DNA of 64,000 nt from assembly GCA_902601345.1 (NCBI GenBank), contig CACKMK010000002.1, positions 43,571 through 107,570 of the forward strand, given 5' to 3'. The translations under genes were made by a program, and so were the position numbers. Shown one piece after another: positions 57,675-64,000 of the stretch. Below the pieces are notes generated by a model. It searched no databases. It saw only the letters and a list, made by a program, of their open reading frames with translations, and was not told the DNA's origin. The stretch is from an uncultured Candidatus Poseidoniales archaeon. GTDB lineage: Archaea; Thermoplasmatota; Poseidoniia; Poseidoniales; Thalassarchaeaceae. Numbering within the stretch: the first letter of the stretch is position 1; the number at the start of each line of letters is the position of its first letter.

Positions 57675-59258
57675 CTAATGTCTGAAGAGCCGGATTCCTG
57701 TAAATATCATTGCCATATCATGCTGGTTAGCGGCCTCGATTACTTCATCGTCACGAATTGAGCCTCCTGGTTGCACAATACTGGTAATCCCGATTTCATT
57801 TGATGTGTCTATCCCATCGCGGAAGGGAAAGAAGGCATCGGATATCATCATGGCTCCCTTTGCTCTTTCACCCGCCCTTCTTGCCGCTATTCGGACTGAC
57901 TCCACCCGACTAGTCTGCCCGGGACCGACTCCCACGGTAGAGTAACCATTCTCTGTCTTAACTACTAGAATAATCGCATTAGACTGGACTTCGGCAATCA
58001 CGGAAGTACCGAACCTAGCCAGATTTAGCTCGTCCCCGTCAAGCGTCTTTTCGGTGACATGGCTTACATTTTCCCAATCGATGTTAGGAATGCCTTGGAT
58101 TTGAGATAGCCAACCTCCCTGTACTTGTCGAATCTTCGGTTCATCTGTAAGTTCGCCTAATGGATCAAGAGTCAGAATTCTCCTATTCTTGCTCTCAGAG
58201 AGAATCTCCAAGGCATCCGATTCGTAACCCGGTGCAATCATACATTCAAAGAAGTGATTTCCGATTGACTCGGCGGTTTCTCTCTCAACCACCTGATCGA
58301 ATGCGATCACGCATCCGAATGCGCTCTCTGGGTCGCTGGCCAGAGAGTTTTCCCAGGCAGAAACCTGATTCTCGGAGATAGAGGCCCCACAGGGATTTGT
58401 GTGCTTGATGACTACACAAGAGTGAGTACCGAAATCGCAAGTCTGCGAAATAGACCTGACTAGCCTCAGCGCGGCGTCGAGATCCAAGTAGTTGTTGTAT
58501 GAGAGGGGTTTGCCACCATGTTGAACTGCTCTTGAGAGCCCTCTTGGCGCCCCAGGAGATGGGAAGAAAGAAGCCGGTTGGTGAGGATTCTCCCCATACC
58601 TTAGTTCTACACCCTGATCTGAGGTCGTCAGAATTCTATTTGGTATCGTACTTTCTGTGAACCTTCCCCACAACTCGTTAGAAACCGCAGAGTCGTAAGC
58701 TGCGGTAGATTGGAATGCAGATATTGCCAAGTCCCTCCTCAACCCCAAATCGACCCCAGAGGGGTTCCCTTCGGTTTTCGAAAGCGCTTCCAGTACCGAT
58801 CTATGCTGATCTGGGTGTGTGATTACAATGACGTCTGAATGGTTCTTTGCCGCCGATCTCACCATCGCCGGTCCACCAATATCAATCATCTCAATCAGTT
58901 CTTGTTCGCTTGCCGGGGGGTCTCGCGCAGCGGTTTCTTCGAAAGGATACAGGTTTACGCATACCATTTCTATTGACCCATATCCCATTTCCACTAGTTT
59001 TTCCATATCCTGTTTCGAATCGCGTCTGGCAAGTATCCCTCCGTGGACCGCGGGGTGTAGGGTCTTGACCCTGCCATCGAATATCTCAGGGTGACCGGTA
59101 GCTTCGGATACATCCATTACTTCGATTCCCGAATCTCTGAGTCTGGTTGCTGTTCCACCCGTCGATAGGATTGCCCAGCCCATGGATTGTAATGATGCAG
59201 CCAGTTCTTCGATTCCGGTTTTGTCCCAGACGCTGATCAGCGCTGTGGGTCGCTCCAT
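57675..59258 (-). CDS. purH: Bifunctional AICAR transformylase / IMP cyclohydrolase
   Basis: The N-terminal MGS-like domain is ALISVWDKTGIEELAASLQSMGWAILSTGGTA. 527 aa, with a typical C-terminal AICARFT domain. Confidence 0.85.
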   Translation of the reverse strand: MERPTALISVWDKTGIEELAASLQSMGWAILSTGGTATRLRDSGIEVMDVSEATGHPEIFDGRVKTLHPAVHGGILARRDSKQDMEKLVEMGYGSIEMVCVNLYPFEETAARDPPASEQELIEMIDIGGPAMVRSAAKNHSDVIVITHPDQHRSVLEALSKTEGNPSGVDLGLRRDLAISAFQSTAAYDSAVSNELWGRFTESTIPNRILTTSDQGVELRYGENPHQPASFFPSPGAPRGLSRAVQHGGKPLSYNNYLDLDAALRLVRSISQTCDFGTHSCVVIKHTNPCGASISENQVSAWENSLASDPESAFGCVIAFDQVVERETAESIGNHFFECMIAPGYESDALEILSESKNRRILTLDPLGELTDEPKIRQVQGGWLSQIQGIPNIDWENVSHVTEKTLDGDELNLARFGTSVIAEVQSNAIILVVKTENGYSTVGVGPGQTSRVESVRIAARRAGERAKGAMMISDAFFPFRDGIDTSNEIGITSIVQPGGSIRDDEVIEAANQHDMAMIFTGIRLFRH

Positions 59259-59298
59259 GGGAACCCGTGTGTGAAGGAGGCTTGAAGGTTCGTGGTCG

Positions 59299-60864
59299 CT
59301 ATTCGCCCCTAGCTGAAATGACCTGATCTATTCGTAGCATCCCCATTGCCGTCTCGGTGGCCGATTGCAAGGAGTTCTCAATTACTGACCTAGGGTGCCA
59401 GACCCTTTCGACTACCCATTTCTTGCCGTCCTCGGAAATTCCAACGGGAGGCTCCTCCAGTGATGTAGATCTTAGTTCCAGAATACGGTCCAGCGGCTCC
59501 CCTCCAGCGTTCTCAACAAGTGTGGAGGGGATCGTCTCCATGGCTCTAGCAAACGCCTCCATTGCAAGTCTCTCCCTCCCTGACTGTTTCTCTGAAGCCA
59601 ATCTAACTGCATGAGCTATTCTGCTGTGGATAGATCCTGCGCCCGGAAGGACGTATTCATTCAGTGCTAAGGAAGTAGATCTGAGCGAGTCGTGTATTCC
59701 TCTGATTACCTCCTCTGTACCTGTCTCACCTGCACCTCCTATCTCTATAGTCACAACTGATGGATTTGGGCATCCCTCAATCCGAATCACGTCTTCTACC
59801 TCATTAGTGGCTGGCTTCCTCTCCCATGACGCGCTACCGCACTGCCCCAGGTCAGACTCCTCTATATCTAGCGGGCTTTCTACTATCCTAGCTCCCGTTG
59901 CACCAGAAGCGTTTCTCAATTCAGAAGAGTCCAGTCCTTCCACGACTAGAACAGATTTCTGGCAGAGCATATGAAGGACGTCCTTGTCGATCTCACCGGA
60001 GCAAAGAACTACACTTGCACCAGATTCGAGGATACTTCTGGAAATTTCCTCCTTCCGGTACTTCTCGGCTTCGATGAAAGAGTCCAAGTCGTCAGCACTC
60101 GTGATTTTCATTTCTGCATCTCTGGACATTTCTCTAATCTTCAGTTCTCCGTTTAGACACACCACCTTCGCATCTCGTAAGTCGTTGGGTAGGTTGTCCA
60201 TCAGTACTCGTCTACGTAGGATAATCCCGTTTACCAATCGAGAGTCCCTGATGCTCCCAGTTCCGCTCTTGAACATGGAAACGTGTTGGGCGGATGCCTC
60301 TCCCCTGTTGTCTAACACTGTGCTGAGAGCCTTGACAATTAGAGGTGGGAAGAACCCGAGGGCGGTGTCTGCAACTTTACCACTGAGAGACGTCTTGGCC
60401 ACTTCCAATAGCTTCTTGTCATCGCATTTTCTCAGGTCTGACTCTATCTGTAATCTAGCGGTCTGGAGTGATAATTCGTATCCATCGACCAGGGTTAGAG
60501 GGTGGAGGCCCTTCCTGAATAGGTTATTCGCCTCGATTAGCAGTGAACCGCAGAGTAGCATCGTGGTTGTTACCCCGTCACCGCAGTCCTCCTCTTGCGA
60601 CTCTGCCATCGAGACCATCATCTTGGCAGCAGGGTGCCTTACCAGAAGCTCAGCCACTATCTTCGCTCCGTCGTTGGTGACTGCTGTGGTACCGTCCGTC
60701 TTGTAGAGCATCTTATCTAGACCTCTGGGTCCGAATGTTGGCTTCAGAAGATCAGAGAATACTCTCGCTGCGACGATGAGTTTCTCTTGGACCTCTGTAC
60801 TGCTGGTGACCTTGGTGCTTCGTGAGGTGATTGCGACCTTGGGTCCATCTGAGTCCCCTCCCAT
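59299..60864 (-). CDS. Group II chaperonin (thermosome/CCT family), divergent
   Basis: The family blocks are present: LKPTFGPRGLDKML, VTNDGAKIVAEL and QEEDCGDGVTTTMLLCGSLL. But GDGVTT replaces the canonical GDGTTT, and LPGAGSIHS replaces VPGGGA. The ORF opens at 60921; the Met at 60864 is preferred. Confidence 0.7.
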   Translation of the reverse strand: MGGDSDGPKVAITSRSTKVTSSTEVQEKLIVAARVFSDLLKPTFGPRGLDKMLYKTDGTTAVTNDGAKIVAELLVRHPAAKMMVSMAESQEEDCGDGVTTTMLLCGSLLIEANNLFRKGLHPLTLVDGYELSLQTARLQIESDLRKCDDKKLLEVAKTSLSGKVADTALGFFPPLIVKALSTVLDNRGEASAQHVSMFKSGTGSIRDSRLVNGIILRRRVLMDNLPNDLRDAKVVCLNGELKIREMSRDAEMKITSADDLDSFIEAEKYRKEEISRSILESGASVVLCSGEIDKDVLHMLCQKSVLVVEGLDSSELRNASGATGARIVESPLDIEESDLGQCGSASWERKPATNEVEDVIRIEGCPNPSVVTIEIGGAGETGTEEVIRGIHDSLRSTSLALNEYVLPGAGSIHSRIAHAVRLASEKQSGRERLAMEAFARAMETIPSTLVENAGGEPLDRILELRSTSLEEPPVGISEDGKKWVVERVWHPRSVIENSLQSATETAMGMLRIDQVISARGE

Positions 60865-60921
60865 GAGGGTTTCCGGCACGAAGGGCTGACATGAATGCTT
60901 TGAGGAGGCAAAACGCACCAA

Positions 60922-60972
60922 TTGTTAGTAAAAGATACGAATGTCTATGATAGTTAAAACTCAGGAATTATT
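60922..60972. promoter_or_regulatory. AT-rich divergent promoter region (chaperonin <- -> secreted protein)
   Basis: caattgttagtaaaagatacgaatgtctatgatagttaaaactcaggaattattg contains TATA-like elements. Confidence 0.35.
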
Positions 60973-61920
60973 GTGAAAATACGACGTAAGGCTGTCATAT
61001 TCGTTTCCTCTATGATGCTGATCTGCTGCTTTTCGACCATTGGTTCAGCTCAAATTCTCCCCGAGGCTGATGTGGAGTGCGAGGATTTGGTTACGTTGGA
61101 CATATCTCCTGGTTCTACAAGACAAGCAATTGTTAATTGCGAACTGACAAATCCTACTTCCGGACCTGAGAGTATAGAAATCTCGTATCAATCTGGAAAC
61201 CTGGACGTAGCCGGTCCGGGAAGCATGACTGTGGAAGGTGGGGAGTCTGTAGATTTCCAGATTGCTGTAGAATCTACAGGCGAAATTCCAGCCGGGATGT
61301 ATGATATCAACGTGAGTGTCGTAGTCACTGAGTGGAACGGAGTGCCAGTGAGTGTGTTTGGGTTCTCAGATGAGGATGTGATCGAAGTGGAAGTTCTACC
61401 ATACACCGTATGCTCTTCATCCGGTCCTTCTGCGATATTCTCTGAGGCGGGAGAAGATGTATTGTTCTCAGTTGTTTACAGTTGCGACAGCAACGAAGAG
61501 AACTCTCTGGAAGTCTCGCTACACCTCCTAGAGAAGGGGAGTAGCCAGGAGACTATGTGGCCCTCTGGGTTCAATGATATGTCCGTAGATACTTGTAGAG
61601 TGGAAAATCCTATGGGCTCAGTCAACTGTGATTTTGTCCTGACCACCCCCTCCAATCTTCAGAGCAAATGGGAGGGTTGTCTAATCATAGTAGATGAAAT
61701 GACGGATCCGAACTGGGGATGTTCTAGCGAGTTCGCTTTCTCGCTCACTGTTAATGAGAAGGAGACCGTGGTTCCATCTGTTGGTTTGGATGTTAATGGA
61801 ACGTTTCTTGAAGACTTTGGCATTACCGAGGAGAATCAGAGTTTGTTGATTGGAGTAGGTTTGGGAGGAGCAATTCTGATGCTTTCACTATTCTTTCTTT
61901 ACAGGAGAAGAAGAGGCTAG
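60973..61920 (+). CDS. Secreted/surface protein with an N-terminal signal peptide and a C-terminal TM anchor + RRRRG tail
   Basis: The signal is VIFVSSMMLICCFSTIGSA. The body is Cys-rich and beta-rich. The C-terminus is LLIGVGLGGAILMLSLFFLYRRRRG. Confidence 0.5.
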   Translation: MKIRRKAVIFVSSMMLICCFSTIGSAQILPEADVECEDLVTLDISPGSTRQAIVNCELTNPTSGPESIEISYQSGNLDVAGPGSMTVEGGESVDFQIAVESTGEIPAGMYDINVSVVVTEWNGVPVSVFGFSDEDVIEVEVLPYTVCSSSGPSAIFSEAGEDVLFSVVYSCDSNEENSLEVSLHLLEKGSSQETMWPSGFNDMSVDTCRVENPMGSVNCDFVLTTPSNLQSKWEGCLIIVDEMTDPNWGCSSEFAFSLTVNEKETVVPSVGLDVNGTFLEDFGITEENQSLLIGVGLGGAILMLSLFFLYRRRRG

Positions 61921-62276
61921 CCCAATACGGTGACCATCCATCTGATTGACAGGGAAGAGGTGGCTCCGAGAGCCAACGAGGCAACTGATTCGAAGTTGAA
62001 TGTGTTCGTGTAAATATAGAATAGGGAAAGTGTGAGTAGGAGGAAGACGCCCAGGTCTAATATCTCGTTCTTTCCGAATCCTGATCTCTGGATGATATGA
62101 TCCCGCTCCTTAATGCCCAAAACGATAGTTGCCAGAGCTGCTGCAAGAATGGAATGCCCTACGATCCAGCCTAATGTTTCGCCGAACAGGACGACTAAAT
62201 CGTCCTGGAACCCAGCAAGGATGGTTGATGCAATGTTCACCATGGACCTGCGGTCAGGCTCTGAACCTTTGAACAA
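61917..62276 (-). CDS. Small hypothetical membrane protein
   Basis: 119 aa with 3 TM helices. Its start overlaps the upstream gene's stop. Confidence 0.3.
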   Translation of the reverse strand: MFKGSEPDRRSMVNIASTILAGFQDDLVVLFGETLGWIVGHSILAAALATIVLGIKERDHIIQRSGFGKNEILDLGVFLLLTLSLFYIYTNTFNFESVASLALGATSSLSIRWMVTVLG

Positions 62277-62311
62277 TATGTAAGTGAGTGCACCTTAGTT
62301 GGCCGTAATGA

Positions 62312-63034
62312 GTGGGCTTGAACCTCGCTATTGTGGGGATTTATTACGAATGCCCATGCAGAAGAATCGGGGATCAGATGTATATTCCGGGGGCTTGGAC
62401 ACTGAAGCAACTCATTACAGATCCTGGGTCCCTATTCGATAGGTCTCCAAAGAACCCGGATGGGACCAAGATAGTGACCGAAGAGAGTGAGTTAGTAGAA
62501 ATGTTCCTCAAGGAGCCGATTGACATTTGGGTAAATTCGTTCGGAGGGGCACGCTCAAACTTCATCGTAAACCTGCTGGAGCACAAATACACGGTCAGGA
62601 ATGAGGCACACAGGGTCAAGGGGTGTCATTACATCAGACCTCTAGATGTAGGGGTCCAAATGGGTGCCTTCTGCTTTGTGGATGACTTCGGCTTGGCTCT
62701 GAGCTCTCAGATAAACAGAGGCTTCACTTTCAACTACAACAAACTAAGAGACGACACCAGCGAATTCTCTGTGGAAAGATGGATCGAGAAGGTATCCAAG
62801 CAAATTGACAATTGGACGGCGGGGAGTTTCTTTCCGGTGATTCTGATAAACACGGATCGAATTACGGAAAATGCAGCTGAATTCGAGAAAACCTTCGAAG
62901 TTCCATTTTCTGGTTTTCAGGTAAGAAAGACGAGGGAAATGCATCCGAGCCTGGAGCCATTCCACGAGCACATCTCCGAAGTAAATGATAAATTGGCAGA
63001 ACTCCCGGATTTTGCTACTTTAGGAGTAAATTAG
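62312..63034 (+). CDS. Hypothetical protein
   Basis: 240 aa with no recognisable motif. It sits at the head of a co-directional run with a methyltransferase and an oppositely oriented glycosyltransferase. Confidence 0.3.
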   Translation: MGLNLAIVGIYYECPCRRIGDQMYIPGAWTLKQLITDPGSLFDRSPKNPDGTKIVTEESELVEMFLKEPIDIWVNSFGGARSNFIVNLLEHKYTVRNEAHRVKGCHYIRPLDVGVQMGAFCFVDDFGLALSSQINRGFTFNYNKLRDDTSEFSVERWIEKVSKQIDNWTAGSFFPVILINTDRITENAAEFEKTFEVPFSGFQVRKTREMHPSLEPFHEHISEVNDKLAELPDFATLGVN

Positions 63035-63044
63035 AGGTATCAGT

Positions 63045-63740
63045 TTGACTATTTCTAGGGAAGATTCAGCGAGGATTTACTCGATTCTGGATAAGTCAGG
63101 GGTTTTTTCCGGGGGTAGCCAGAATGACTTCCATGATGCAGGAGAAAACCAATTGGCCATACTTACTCATTTTGGATTAATGGCGTCTTCATTGGTCTTG
63201 GACATCGGCTGCGGCTGCCTTAGAGGAGGCAGGTGGCTCATTCCCTACCTAAATTCGGACTGTTACTTCGGTGTGGAGCCTAATGTAGAAATGCTTGAGA
63301 TAGGGAAGAAAGTAGTAATCGATTCTAAAATACTACGAGATAAGAAACCAAAATTCAACACGAATTCAGACTTCGAGTTCGATGTATTCGGAACAACTTT
63401 CGATTATTTCATCGCAAGATCAATATGGACCCATTCTTCCAAAAAACAGATAGAAAAGATGCTTGACCAGTTTGTCAGACATTCGTCCCCCTCGGCTAGA
63501 TTCCTGACTTCTTACATGAGGCCAAGAATACCATTCCTCGACGGCTACAAGGGAGAGAGTTGGATTGGCAAGAGTCACGAATCTGATCAACCAGGAATTG
63601 CTAGGCATAGTCTAAGATGGATAAAAAGGGCCTGTTTAAACAGGGGACTGAAGGTAAGTAGTATAGATGAGCCAAATCTGAACTACGGAGCACAAATATG
63701 GCTGTTGATAGAGAGGACGCAGGAGGATACTGACCTCTAA
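63045..63740 (+). CDS. Class I SAM-dependent methyltransferase
   Basis: VLDIGCGCLRGGRWL is motif I, and FDYFIARSIWTH is a motif II/III region. Confidence 0.55.
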   Translation: MTISREDSARIYSILDKSGVFSGGSQNDFHDAGENQLAILTHFGLMASSLVLDIGCGCLRGGRWLIPYLNSDCYFGVEPNVEMLEIGKKVVIDSKILRDKKPKFNTNSDFEFDVFGTTFDYFIARSIWTHSSKKQIEKMLDQFVRHSSPSARFLTSYMRPRIPFLDGYKGESWIGKSHESDQPGIARHSLRWIKRACLNRGLKVSSIDEPNLNYGAQIWLLIERTQEDTDL

Positions 63741-63749
63741 TGTGTATCA

Positions 63750-64000
63750 TTATACGGTAGTGATCGAATCTATCGATTTCTTGAGTCGTTCCACGTGTCT
63801 TTCAGGAGTAAGGCCTAGTTCCTGGATTCGCGTCACACCTTCCCTTGCCCATGACTCTCTCGTTTCCTCATCCTTGGCTTGTTCGAAGGCTTTCCTCCAA
63901 GCTTCGAGGTCGCCTCTGCCAAGCAGTCTTCCGTTTACCCCGTCGACGATTGTATCTGTATACCCTCCAAAATCAACAAACAACGGGGGCGTTCCTATGG
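63750..64000 (-). CDS. Glycosyltransferase family 1 (GT4-like), C-terminal fragment; the N-terminus lies beyond the window end
   Basis: FVDFGGYTDTIVDGVNGRLLGRGDLEAW resembles the GT1 C-terminal E.G..V.......G.....g.nG.l segment. Confidence 0.45.
   Translation of the reverse strand, partial: IGTPPLFVDFGGYTDTIVDGVNGRLLGRGDLEAWRKAFEQAKDEETRESWAREGVTRIQELGLTPERHVERLKKSIDSITTV

Noticed and set aside
1-64000. CRISPR arrays, IS elements/transposases, integrases, prophage genes
   Set aside because: I saw no short regularly spaced direct repeats and no DDE/tyrosine-recombinase-like products. The only notable repeat is the 140-bp archaellin duplication.

Overview
This 64 kb window looks like an archaeal chromosomal segment. 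I base that on PolD large subunit DP2, a complete archaellum (fla/arl) locus, a group II chaperonin, archaeal-type DnaG, PriL, KEOPS Pcc1, DUF373, THEP1 NTPase and a deoxyhypusine synthase + AdoMetDC pair. It is coding-dense and most genes are housekeeping: carboxypeptidase Taq, FumC, cyclophilin, PyrE, Icd/LeuB-family dehydrogenase, NadC, phosphopantothenate synthetase, GcvH, RNase HI, aspartate aminotransferase, enolase, Lrp, PurN/PurH, MobA, and a cystathionine gamma-synthase/cysteine synthase pair. A placement near the marine Thermoplasmatota/Poseidoniales is a guess only, from moderate GC, a giant CARDB-repeat surface protein and the archaellum. The main accessory block is at about 11.7-26.7 kb, entirely on the minus strand. 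It reads: a 1731-aa secreted CARDB-repeat giant protein with a polytopic C-terminal membrane anchor; one nucleotide later a 347-aa unknown cytoplasmic coiled-coil protein; then two tandem archaellins sharing about 140 bp of identical 5' sequence; then FlaCDE-like, FlaF, FlaG, FlaH, FlaI, FlaJ and the preflagellin peptidase FlaK. Other items worth a second look: a 700-bp purine-rich convergent intergenic region with UUCG-tetraloop hairpins (candidate structured ncRNA, 3854-4558); an orphan gamma-class N6-adenine methyltransferase (35150-37105); a membrane-anchored protein with two PPC/DUF2135-like beta-sandwich repeats; a tRNA-Cys(GCA) with atypical D- and T-loops; a FumC ORF with an in-frame RHH-like N-terminal extension; a group II chaperonin with altered nucleotide-binding motifs; and a gcvH-rnhA overlapping gene pair. 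No CRISPR arrays, transposases or integrases were recognised. All calls come from reading the supplied translations and sequence by eye. No database searches were run.
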